From Deltaproteobacteria bacterium (GTDB taxonomy: Bacteria > Desulfobacterota > DSM-4660 > Desulfatiglandales > Desulfatiglandaceae), in NCBI GenBank assembly GCA_029932035.1, contig JAOZQV010000001.1, positions 1 through 39,024 of the forward strand: a stretch of 39,024 bases of DNA. Direction: 5' to 3'. The notes under the pieces were generated by a model. It ran no database searches, had not been told where the DNA came from, and worked only from the letters and a program-made list of their open reading frames with translations. The first letter of the stretch is position 1; each line of letters begins with the position of its first letter. A program made the translations under genes and the position numbers. This document shows, piece after piece, positions 26,576 through 35,052 of this stretch.

Positions 26576-26643
26576 GGTTGTTTAGTCTGTAGGCTATTAG
26601 GCTCCTAACAGCCTTCAGCCTTTCCCTTGCTACTTTTGGCTCC
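26576..26643. repeat. ~70-bp dispersed intergenic repeat, copy 2 (murC | murB junction; one 8-nt unit shorter)
   Basis: ggttgtttagtctgtaggctattaggctcctaacagccttcagcctttcccttgctacttttggctcc. It overlaps the last ~12 codons and the stop of murC. Confidence 0.85.
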
Positions 26644-28017
26644 TAACTTTTCGAAAAGCCGATCACCTTCCCGATATATATTGCCGGCGCCGAGGGTCAT
26701 GATTAGATCACCCGCCCGTACGAGGTCCAGGAGTGCGGGAAGGATCTCTTCTTGCGGGGCGCAAAAAACCACCTCCTTGTGCCCATGATCTTTGATGCCC
26801 TGAGCCAACCTCTCCCCGGTAATTCCCTCAATCGGATCTTCCCCAGCGGAAAAAATAGGGGACACAATAAGGATGTCCGCATCATTAAAGGAGATGACAA
26901 AACGGTCCAACAGGGCCTGAGTCCGAGTGTATCTGTGAGGCTGGAAGACCACAATCAATCGCCTTTCAGGCCAGCACTCCTTGACCGTCTTGAGTGTGGC
27001 CATGATCTCGGTGGGATGATGACCATAATCGTCCAGGAGCAAGACGTCGTTCTTTTCTCCCTTTAGCTGGAAGCGTCTTGAAAGCCCGCCCAAAGCCTTG
27101 AGCCCTTCTTTGATAACCCCGATCTCTAAGTCCAACTCGAGGCCAACGGCAGTAGCCGCCAGGGCGTTAAGGACATTATGCTCTCCCGGCATTCCCACTG
27201 TTATCCTGCCTAATGAACTGTTCCGGTATATTACTTCAAGGCTGGCGCCCCACCTATCCTTTCTTAGATCTACTCCCCTGAGATCGGCCTGGGGACTCAT
27301 TCCATAGGTCAGGCATCTTTTTTTCAGACGGGGAATAATCCCCTGGATTTCCTCGTTATCAAGGCAGAGTATGGCAGTTCCATAGAAGGGGACCTTGTTT
27401 ATGAAATCGATGAATGTTTGACGAATAGCTTCAATATCACCGTAATGGTCCATATGCTCGTGATCTATGTTGGTAACCACTGCAATGGTGGGGGATAAGG
27501 CGAGAAAAGAGCCGTCGCTTTCATCGGCCTCGGCAACCAGGATATCTCCCTGGCCCAATTTGGCATTGGAGCCGCCCCAGATGTCGAGTCTCCCTCCGAT
27601 GACAACGGTTGGATCGAGCTGTCCGCATGTCAGAATAGAGGCCACCATGGAGGTGGTGGTTGTCTTTCCATGGGCCCCGGCTATGGCCACTCCATATTTG
27701 AGTCGCATCAGTTCAGCTAACATCTCGGCCCTTGGTATTACGGGAATATAACGGTCAGTTGCTTCTAAAATTTCAGGGTTATCATCTCCGACGGCTGAGG
27801 AATAGACCACAACATCGGCCCCCTTCACATTTTCCTTCGCGTGCCCTTTAGAAATACTCCCTCCAAGGGCTGAAAGCCTTCGCGTTACCGCAGTCTCCTT
27901 CAGATCGGATCCGCTCACCTTATAGCCCAAATTGATCAAGAGCTCGGCAATTCCACTCATACCGATGCCCCCGATCCCCACAAAATGAATATGCTTTGCC
28001 TTGCCGAATTGTTTCAT
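26605..28017 (-). CDS. murC: UDP-N-acetylmuramate--L-alanine ligase MurC
   Basis: [12 protein letters not shown], the [12 protein letters not shown]-loop, and DDYGHHPTE. The C-terminal [12 protein letters not shown] tail is encoded by the repeat element. Confidence 0.95.
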   Translation of the reverse strand: MKQFGKAKHIHFVGIGGIGMSGIAELLINLGYKVSGSDLKETAVTRRLSALGGSISKGHAKENVKGADVVVYSSAVGDDNPEILEATDRYIPVIPRAEMLAELMRLKYGVAIAGAHGKTTTTSMVASILTCGQLDPTVVIGGRLDIWGGSNAKLGQGDILVAEADESDGSFLALSPTIAVVTNIDHEHMDHYGDIEAIRQTFIDFINKVPFYGTAILCLDNEEIQGIIPRLKKRCLTYGMSPQADLRGVDLRKDRWGASLEVIYRNSSLGRITVGMPGEHNVLNALAATAVGLELDLEIGVIKEGLKALGGLSRRFQLKGEKNDVLLLDDYGHHPTEIMATLKTVKECWPERRLIVVFQPHRYTRTQALLDRFVISFNDADILIVSPIFSAGEDPIEGITGERLAQGIKDHGHKEVVFCAPQEEILPALLDLVRAGDLIMTLGAGNIYREGDRLFEKLGAKSSKGKAEGC

Positions 28018-28058
28018 GGGTTAACATGCCTGTTTTTATTTTAGATTATTTTCTTACT

Positions 28059-28140
28059 CATAATCTTAATCTTAATCTTAATCGAACACCCCTAAAACAG
28101 ACTGTAAAAGAGTATGATTATGATTACGATTAAGATTATG
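28059..28140. repeat. Long imperfect hairpin built of TAATCN hexamers, copy A (murG | murC junction)
   Basis: The left arm cataatcttaatcttaatcttaatc (28059-28083) pairs with the right arm gattatgattacgattaagattatg (28116-28140) at 23 of 25 positions. The loop is ~32 nt. The right arm overlaps the murG stop codon. Confidence 0.85.
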
Positions 28141-29278
28141 GGATGCGAAGCCTGAGTAACATCTCCATTATCTGGTCCACGATAACCTCTGCCGCATTCG
28201 TCCTGCTGATTTTCCGTGCCTGTTCGCCCATCCTTTTCAGCTCTGGCCTGTTGTTCATATACTTCATTAATGCACTGGCCATACCCTCACCGTTCAGGTT
28301 CTTCTGGAGGATCATTTCCGCTCCTCCGGCTCGTACTAAACTATAGGCATTTATCTCCTGGTGATTATTCGTCGCATGGGGATATGGAATAAGGATCGAA
28401 GGCTTGCCCAATGCAGCCAATTCAAAGATGGTAGTTGCTCCTGCCCTGCCCACCACAATGTCTGCCCGGTTATAAGCTGCCCCCATATCCTTAATAAACG
28501 GAACAACATCTCCCTTAAGCCCCCTGACACGGTATTCTTCAACCACGCGCAAGTGGTCGCCTTTTCCGGTCTGGTGAATTACTTCGATCTTTTTCCCCCT
28601 GCTATTTAAGAAAATCAGGGCTTCCACAAATGCCTCGTTAATCGCCTTGGCGCCCTGACTTCCGCCCACCACCAAAACAGTAAATTCATCACCCTTTTCA
28701 GAGCGGTTCACCTGGCTCAAAAAGAGCTCACGTCGGACCGGGTTGCCGGTGAGAATCGGCCTCTTTTTATCAAAATAGGATCTGCTTTCTTCAAAAGAGA
28801 TAAATATGCGATCTACAAATTTTGAGAGCAGACGGTTAGTAACCCCCGGATAGGAATTCTGCTCATGTATCGCAGTGGGTATCCCCATAAACTTTGCGGC
28901 CACGCAGAACGGTCCGGCAGAATATCCTCCAACTCCAAGGGCAAAGGACGGTGAAAATCGTCGGATAATAGATACCGATTGCAGGATGCTCCTGGGCAGT
29001 TTGATTAACACAGGCATACCCTTTTTCCATCCCCGACCCTTTACCCCTTCCACATCAATAGAGATCGCCTTAAACTCCGGTTCCATCGGAGATAAAATCT
29101 CTGATTCCAGCCTCTTACGGCCAATTACAAAAAGGACCTCCGTACTTTCAAACCTTGTTTTCAGTTCCCTTGCGACGGCTATACCCGGAAACAGATGTCC
29201 TCCTGTGCCCCCCCCTGCAATGACCAGGCGGAATCCGGACTTGATTTCCCTTCCTTGATCTTGACCAAAATTGAACAT
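28136..29278 (-). CDS. murG: Undecaprenyldiphospho-muramoylpentapeptide beta-N-acetylglucosaminyltransferase MurG
   Basis: GGGTGGHLFPG near the N-terminus. C-terminal GT28 domain (VGRAGATTIFE..GKP). Position in the dcw cluster. Confidence 0.95.
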   Translation of the reverse strand: MFNFGQDQGREIKSGFRLVIAGGGTGGHLFPGIAVARELKTRFESTEVLFVIGRKRLESEILSPMEPEFKAISIDVEGVKGRGWKKGMPVLIKLPRSILQSVSIIRRFSPSFALGVGGYSAGPFCVAAKFMGIPTAIHEQNSYPGVTNRLLSKFVDRIFISFEESRSYFDKKRPILTGNPVRRELFLSQVNRSEKGDEFTVLVVGGSQGAKAINEAFVEALIFLNSRGKKIEVIHQTGKGDHLRVVEEYRVRGLKGDVVPFIKDMGAAYNRADIVVGRAGATTIFELAALGKPSILIPYPHATNNHQEINAYSLVRAGGAEMILQKNLNGEGMASALMKYMNNRPELKRMGEQARKISRTNAAEVIVDQIMEMLLRLRIP

Positions 29279-29318
29279 TTTTCAAAGGTCTCTCTCGATG
29301 CCGGAAATGGGTCAACCC

Positions 29319-29354
29319 GCAACTCGTAACCTCCAACTCGTAACCTGCAACTCC
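29319..29354. repeat. 14-nt tandem repeat (g/c)caactcgtaacct x2 plus a partial third unit
   Basis: gcaactcgtaacct ccaactcgtaacct gcaactcc, read directly from the ftsW | murG intergenic spacer. Confidence 0.8.
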
Positions 29355-29369
29355 TACAAAATCTCACAC

Positions 29370-30473
29370 TCAACTTCGCGATGAAATATTCAATAGAACC
29401 CCTATGCTCACAAGGGTTATTACGAGCGAAGAACCACCATAGCTTATGAGAGGAAGCGTTAATCCCTTTGTGGGGAGCAACCCCATGACAACTCCCATAT
29501 TGATTAGCACCTGGAGGCCAATAAAGGATGTCAGGCCAATCGCCAAATAGGCGCTGTAAAGGTCCTTTGCTTTAAGTGACACTCTTATTCCCCCCATGAT
29601 CAGGATGCCGAACAGAACGATAATGGCCGCCACACCCACGAGACCCAATTCTTCGCCCATGATGGAAAGCGCAAAATCGGTATGGGGTTCGGGCAGATAG
29701 AAGAGCTTCTGTTTACTATTACCTAAGCCCACCCCGAAAACACCTCCAGACCCGAAGGCCAAGAAAGAGTGTATGATTTGGAACCCGATGCCTTGAGGAT
29801 CATCCCAGGGGTTCATAAAGGCTAACCATCTCTTAAGTCGATAATCAGCATGCCAGATCAGCCATATAACGAGTGGGGCGGAGAGGAGTAAAATAGAAAA
29901 GAGCTGAAATATCCTCACTCCACCCACAAAAAGCACTATCAAAACCCATCCGCCGATAATCACTGCAGTTCCGAGATCCGGCTGAAGGACGATAAGCAAT
30001 ATAAACGCGCCGGCAATCAGCAGATGAGGTAAGAGACCCCTGGAGAATGACTCCATGTCTGTTCCCTTCTTGGACATGGAGTAGGCCATATACACGGCCA
30101 AAGAGAACTTTACTAATTCAGAAGGCTGAAAAGAGAAGTTGCCGAGACTCATCCACCTGCAGGCGCCACCCACCTTACGTCCCAGACCGGGGATGAAGAG
30201 GAGTGCCAGGAGACAGACGCTGACAAAGAGTAAGGGATAGACAAACTTTGAATAAAGGGTGCAGGGGATATACCTTGTTAACACCATAAGGCCGATCCCG
30301 ATCACACAAAACAGAGACTGCCTCTTGAGATAGAAATAGCTGTCTCCCAAACGGTGTTCGGCCAAGTTGGAACTGGCGCTATAAACAACCACGAGGCCTA
30401 AGGAGATCAGAAGGATGGCAGGAATAAGAATCATAAAATCGTACCCTGAGTCTGTCTGCTTTTTTTCAGCCAT
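29370..30473 (-). CDS. ftsW: SEDS-family peptidoglycan glycosyltransferase FtsW
   Basis: About 10 TM segments, with QPDLGTA and LPEPHTDF blocks. Start placed at ATG 30473 (MAEKKQ...), overlapping the murD stop by 8 nt. The track's 30647 start would run through the murD 3' end. Confidence 0.9.
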   Translation of the reverse strand: MAEKKQTDSGYDFMILIPAILLISLGLVVVYSASSNLAEHRLGDSYFYLKRQSLFCVIGIGLMVLTRYIPCTLYSKFVYPLLFVSVCLLALLFIPGLGRKVGGACRWMSLGNFSFQPSELVKFSLAVYMAYSMSKKGTDMESFSRGLLPHLLIAGAFILLIVLQPDLGTAVIIGGWVLIVLFVGGVRIFQLFSILLLSAPLVIWLIWHADYRLKRWLAFMNPWDDPQGIGFQIIHSFLAFGSGGVFGVGLGNSKQKLFYLPEPHTDFALSIMGEELGLVGVAAIIVLFGILIMGGIRVSLKAKDLYSAYLAIGLTSFIGLQVLINMGVVMGLLPTKGLTLPLISYGGSSLVITLVSIGVLLNISSRS

Positions 30474-31863
30474 GAATAAGGCCCTCGACCGCTTCTCTGA
30501 AAACCCGGCCCCTGTGAGGATAATCAGAAAACATATCAAAGCTTGAGCACGCCGGCGCCAAAAGAACGGCATCCCCCTCTCTCGCCATGGAAAAGGCCTT
30601 AAGTACTGCTCCTTCCATATTTTCGGCCAAGGCAAATGGTATTTCATCTCTAAAAGATTCCGCTAACAGGCCCTTGGCCTCACCCAAAAAAACAGCCCCC
30701 TTTACCCTTCCACGGCCCGCCGTGACAAGGGGCGCATAATCCGCACCCTTGTGACGGCCTCCTGCTATGAGTATCAATGGCCGGTCAAAGCTTGTTACTG
30801 CCCTGACCGCCGCATCCACATTGGTGGCTTTTGAATCATTATAAAAAACTACGCTCTTTACCTCGCCCACATATTCGATCCTGTGCGGAAGGCCCTTAAA
30901 TTGATTTATGGTTTTCTGGATCATCGCGGCATCAATCCCAAGCGCCATCCCTGCTAAGACAGCCCCTAAGAGATTTTCCTGGTTATGGGAGCCAGGCAGG
31001 GCAAAGGCATCTAAAGAAAAGCCCTGCCTTGTCGACGCATTCAGCCCGGCGCTAATCCTTCCACCTTCTAAAAAGGCGTGCAGCCCCTCCATTTTCTTTG
31101 ATCCATAGAAAAGGAGAGAAACACCGGAAGATGGACGAACTGAAGAAAGCCTTTGGTCATCGTGATTGAGTATTAAGTACTGGCCATCGCTTTGATTCTT
31201 ATAGAGCCTTAATTTCGATTGGATATAGGCCTCATAGTCAGGATACCGGTCTAAATGATCGGGAGATATGTTCAGGATTATGGAGATATAAGGAGAGAAG
31301 GTATGGATAGTATCCAATTGAAAACTGCTTACCTCCAATACAAGATAGTCGGCCTTCTGCTCACCCGCGGCATAGGCTATGAGAGGCGTTCCGATATTCC
31401 CCCCAACAAAGACATTGAACCCGGCATTTTCAAGCATACGGCCCAAAAAGGTTGTGACAGTGCTCTTCCCATTGGTGCCGGTTACCGCAATTATGGGGGT
31501 ATCAATAAAACGGCTGGCCAACTCTAATTCGCCCACCACTGGAATCTCTTTTTCGGATGCGGATTTAATGAGCGCCATATCATGGGGCACTCCCGGGCTC
31601 AGGATTATAGTATCAGCATTTAAAAAGGTCTTTTTCTTATGCCCTCCAAGCTCTATTGTAGCCCCCAATTCCAGAAGTTCTCTTAATATGTCAGGATCGA
31701 GTTCCGATTCCTTTTTCCTTTCGGTTACCATTACATCGGCTCCCTGTCCTGCCAACCATCGAGCAGTCCAGAGCCCTGATGTCCCGAGACCAACAACCAG
31801 CACCTTCGATTTTGGTCCCACCGATAGGCGAGACAGGGGGATTGGATTTTGTGTATTTGTCAT
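30466..31863 (-). CDS. murD: UDP-N-acetylmuramoylalanine--D-glutamate ligase MurD
   Basis: VVGLGTSG Rossmann-like N-terminus, the GTNGKSTVT P-loop, and DSKATNVDA. Confidence 0.95.
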   Translation of the reverse strand: MTNTQNPIPLSRLSVGPKSKVLVVGLGTSGLWTARWLAGQGADVMVTERKKESELDPDILRELLELGATIELGGHKKKTFLNADTIILSPGVPHDMALIKSASEKEIPVVGELELASRFIDTPIIAVTGTNGKSTVTTFLGRMLENAGFNVFVGGNIGTPLIAYAAGEQKADYLVLEVSSFQLDTIHTFSPYISIILNISPDHLDRYPDYEAYIQSKLRLYKNQSDGQYLILNHDDQRLSSVRPSSGVSLLFYGSKKMEGLHAFLEGGRISAGLNASTRQGFSLDAFALPGSHNQENLLGAVLAGMALGIDAAMIQKTINQFKGLPHRIEYVGEVKSVVFYNDSKATNVDAAVRAVTSFDRPLILIAGGRHKGADYAPLVTAGRGRVKGAVFLGEAKGLLAESFRDEIPFALAENMEGAVLKAFSMAREGDAVLLAPACSSFDMFSDYPHRGRVFREAVEGLIHG

Positions 31864-31868
31864 TCTGC

Positions 31869-32948
31869 TTACCTTACTTTGAGAGTGCTGATAGAAAGTA
31901 GGGCCAATATGATAGCAATAATCCAGAAGCGAACAATCACCTTTGGCTCAGGCCATCCCTTCAATTCAAAGTGATGGTGGATAGGGGCCATCCGGAAAAT
32001 TCTCTGCCCCCCTGTCAATTTGAAGTATGCCACCTGAAAGATGACAGAGAGCGCCTCAAAGACAAACAGCCCTCCCACGAGGATCAGCACCAACTCCTGT
32101 TTCGTGATAACGGCAACAGTGCCCAAGACAGCGCCCAATGGGAGGGATCCCACATCACCCATAAAAATTTCGGCAGGGTAAGTATTGTACCAGAGAAACC
32201 CGAGACCGGCGCCTACCACTGCCCCGCAGAGCACTGAGATTTCGCCTGAACCTGGAAGGTAGGGAATCTGAAGATATGAAGCGATCTTTATATGTCCTGC
32301 GAGATAGGCAAAAACCAAGTAGCTGGCAAAGGCCACAATAAGAGGGCTTATAGCGAGCCCATCCAGCCCGTCTGTCAAATTGACCGCATTGGAGGTCCCG
32401 ACTATAATGAATGCCGCAAAGGGGATATAGCCCCAACCGAGATCCGGCGACACATTCTTAAAAAAGGGAATATTGAGGTATGAATCAAAACCCGCATAGA
32501 AATAGAGTGCTAAACCTGCAACGAGGGCGCCTGATATCTGAAGTGAAAACTTGGAAGCAACGCTCAGACCCTTGCTGTTTTCCCTCCTTATTTTCAGATA
32601 GTCATCGGCAAAGCCAATACCCCCAAAGAAAAGGATGATAAACATAACGAGCCAGATATAAATATTAATCGGTTCGGCCCAGAGGAGGGTAGCGAAAATA
32701 ATCGCAGGTAGAATCAGGCATCCACCCATGGTGGGGGTCCCCGCCTTAGATTTATGACTGGGGGGGCCATCGTCCCGGATCTGTTCCTCCACCTGCATAG
32801 CGCCAAGTTTCTTGATTGCCCAACCACCAAAAATAAAGCAGACCATTAGGGCGGTCAGGCTGGCGAGGATGGTCCTGAACGTAATGTACCTGAAGACATT
32901 CAGCCATGACAGGTCTGTATGAAATAGGTAGATCAGTCTGTAAAGCAT
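31869..32948 (-). CDS. mraY: Phospho-N-acetylmuramoyl-pentapeptide transferase MraY
   Basis: [20 protein letters not shown] and PIHHHFE motifs. 10-TM profile. Confidence 0.96.
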   Translation of the reverse strand: MLYRLIYLFHTDLSWLNVFRYITFRTILASLTALMVCFIFGGWAIKKLGAMQVEEQIRDDGPPSHKSKAGTPTMGGCLILPAIIFATLLWAEPINIYIWLVMFIILFFGGIGFADDYLKIRRENSKGLSVASKFSLQISGALVAGLALYFYAGFDSYLNIPFFKNVSPDLGWGYIPFAAFIIVGTSNAVNLTDGLDGLAISPLIVAFASYLVFAYLAGHIKIASYLQIPYLPGSGEISVLCGAVVGAGLGFLWYNTYPAEIFMGDVGSLPLGAVLGTVAVITKQELVLILVGGLFVFEALSVIFQVAYFKLTGGQRIFRMAPIHHHFELKGWPEPKVIVRFWIIAIILALLSISTLKVR

Positions 32949-32969
32949 CTGTGGAGAACTCTCTAAGAA

Positions 32970-33040
32970 GGTTGTTTAGGCTGTAGACTATTAGGCTATT
33001 AGGCTCCTAACAGCCTTCAGTTTTTCCCTTGCTTCCGTAA
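32970..33040. repeat. ~70-bp dispersed intergenic repeat, copy 3 (receiver gene | mraY junction)
   Basis: ggttgtttaggctgtagactattaggctattaggctcctaacagccttcagtttttcccttgcttccgtaag. Its first 45 nt differ from copy 1 at only one position. Confidence 0.85.
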
Positions 33041-33126
33041 GTGCTTAGAGTTGATGTTTGTTTTTTATTCGATGTCGGAGTCTTCGCTTACCTCGACGTT
33101 CATTTTGCGTCCCGTTCCTCTTCCCC

Positions 33127-33492
33127 TTAGGCGGTGACGGCCGTCACCACATTCAGAAACTTTTCTATCCCAAAAGGCTTGAAAAGATGACTCTCAACGT
33201 GCGGAAGTCCTTTGTCTAAAAGCCTTTGATCCGCGGGATTGCCTGTCATGATAATGATCTTCTCGTCTCGACCGGTCTTCTTCATCCGTTTCAACATTGC
33301 AACACCATCTAGCCTGGGCATATTGATGTCGGTAACGACCAGATCAAAATGGTCTTCTTCCAATTTGTCTAATGATTCCTGACCGTCGCTTGCTAAGCTC
33401 ACATCAAAACCCTTGTTCATCAGTACCTCGGATAACAGAAACCTGATCCCGCTCTCATCATCCACCACCAATATCTTCTTTGCTCTTTCCAT
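33127..33492 (-). CDS. Single-domain CheY-like response regulator (receiver only)
   Basis: 121 aa. All canonical receiver residues are present by my count: D11/D12, phospho-acceptor D55 (VVTDINMP), T83 and K105 (FKPF). SD aggag. Confidence 0.9.
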   Translation of the reverse strand: MERAKKILVVDDESGIRFLLSEVLMNKGFDVSLASDGQESLDKLEEDHFDLVVTDINMPRLDGVAMLKRMKKTGRDEKIIIMTGNPADQRLLDKGLPHVESHLFKPFGIEKFLNVVTAVTA

Positions 33493-33588
33493 TTCAGAAC
33501 TTGCTCCTATGATGATCAGTCAATCCTCATCCGCCCTGTTTCTGGCAGGCAGTGCCCACCCTGCAAAACTACACCCTGCTTAATGTCT

Positions 33589-35043
33589 CTATGCCTCTGC
33601 TCTCTGCGCTCTGCGCCGCAGCCCCTCAACCACCTTTTCGAGCCCCATTTTTCGTGAGCCCTTTAGAAAAACTAAATCTCCTTCTCTCATAATATCTACT
33701 ATCTCTTTCACCATTTCATCATGGGTCTCCATAACCTTTAGGCGATTAGAGGGTATGCCTGCAATCTGAGCGCTGTTGATCATCTCCCGGGCATGTTCTC
33801 CCATGGCAAAAAAGGAGCAGGCCCCTGCCTCTGCAACCTTTTGGCCGGCCTCCCTATGGGCATTGACCGTGGAATCTCCCAATTCCAGCATCTCACCCAG
33901 ACCCACGATTAGCCTCCCCTTCTTATTCACTATGGAGATGACAGCATCGAGAGCAGCGCATAGGGAAGAGGGGTTGGAATTATATGTATCGTCAACAAGA
34001 ATAATCCCCTCAGCGATGGAGGCCACCTCGAACCGACCCTTAATCCCCAAAAACATCCCTAACCCCTCTCTGATATTTTCGGAGGGTTCTTTGAGGCTAA
34101 AGCCCACTGCGGCTGCGGCCAAGGCGTTTTGCAGATTGTGGAGACCGGGGACCTTTATTTGTACCGGCCAGCAGTTGTCCCGATATAAGAGATCGAAGCG
34201 GATCCCTTCCGGCCCGTCATTGTTGATATTGGCCGCCCTGACATCATTTCCTTGCCCGATACCAAAGGTCATTTTCTGTTTCAAAAATGCTGAGGCCCTC
34301 TTCATCAGGGGCCCATCATCGCCATTCAGAATCATCAGGCCCCTTAACGAGATCTTCTCAATAAGCTCTGTCTTTGCCTTTGCCACCCCATCGAGATCTG
34401 ATAACCCTTCAAGATGTGCCATGCCCACGTTGAGGATCACTCCCACGTCCGGATCTGCTATTTCAGTCAACCGCGCGATTTCACCGGGCCTGTTCATCCC
34501 CATTTCCAGTACGGCCCTTTTATAATCCTTCTTGAGTTTCAACAGAGTGAGAGGCAACCCGATAAGATTATTAAAATTCCCTTGATTCTTTAATGTCAGG
34601 TTGCCAATCTTGAGAATAGCGGCCACCATCTCCTTTGTGGTAGTCTTGCCTGAACTCCCTGTGATGGCCACCACCTTGAGATCGTACCTGCGGCGCCACC
34701 ATGCGGCCAGATCGCCAAGGGCCTCTAATGTGTCATCAACAGAAATAACAACAGGATTTCGGGATGAGAGCGTATCGGAATTAATATCTTTAACTGCATA
34801 TTCCAGCCTTACCGAGTCATTTTGAGCAACAATTCCCGCTGCGCCTTGCTCAATGGCCTTGGGGACGAAGTCATGCCCATCATATCGTTCCCCCCTCAGC
34901 GCCCAAAACAGGTCCCCATGTCCTGTGGTTCTCGAATCCGTACTAATTCCGGCTAAAACGGTTTCCTGATCGCCTGAAATCAGGGTCCCATTTATCGGGC
35001 TGAGGATCTCTTTGGCTCTTATTTTGCCCCAACCTGCCGGCAT
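33589..35043 (-). CDS. murF: UDP-N-acetylmuramoyl-tripeptide--D-alanyl-D-alanine ligase MurF
   Basis: TGSSGKTTTKEM P-loop, DDTYNSNP, and Mur ligase domain order. SD aagggg. Confidence 0.95.
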   Translation of the reverse strand: MPAGWGKIRAKEILSPINGTLISGDQETVLAGISTDSRTTGHGDLFWALRGERYDGHDFVPKAIEQGAAGIVAQNDSVRLEYAVKDINSDTLSSRNPVVISVDDTLEALGDLAAWWRRRYDLKVVAITGSSGKTTTKEMVAAILKIGNLTLKNQGNFNNLIGLPLTLLKLKKDYKRAVLEMGMNRPGEIARLTEIADPDVGVILNVGMAHLEGLSDLDGVAKAKTELIEKISLRGLMILNGDDGPLMKRASAFLKQKMTFGIGQGNDVRAANINNDGPEGIRFDLLYRDNCWPVQIKVPGLHNLQNALAAAAVGFSLKEPSENIREGLGMFLGIKGRFEVASIAEGIILVDDTYNSNPSSLCAALDAVISIVNKKGRLIVGLGEMLELGDSTVNAHREAGQKVAEAGACSFFAMGEHAREMINSAQIAGIPSNRLKVMETHDEMVKEIVDIMREGDLVFLKGSRKMGLEKVVEGLRRRAQRAEA

Positions 35044-35052
35044 ATTTACCCC

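Noticed and set aside
28059-28140. Whether the periodic repeats (here and at 36582-36653, 6406-6443 and 22076-22150) form a CRISPR array.
   Set aside because: The units are 6-14 nt and directly abutting, or arranged as inverted arms. There are no ~30-nt unique spacers, no leader and no cas genes.
33776-34525. Long antisense ORFs opposite well-recognised genes: the 249-aa ORF here opposite murF, plus 465-995 opposite nnr, 18677-19198 opposite the PocR/EndoQ genes, 31379-31882 opposite murD, and 22614-23288 opposite ftsZ.
   Set aside because: Their translations are low-complexity (Ser/Pro/Arg/Leu-rich) with no motifs. They mirror the codon structure of strongly supported genes on the other strand. 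None has a credible RBS.
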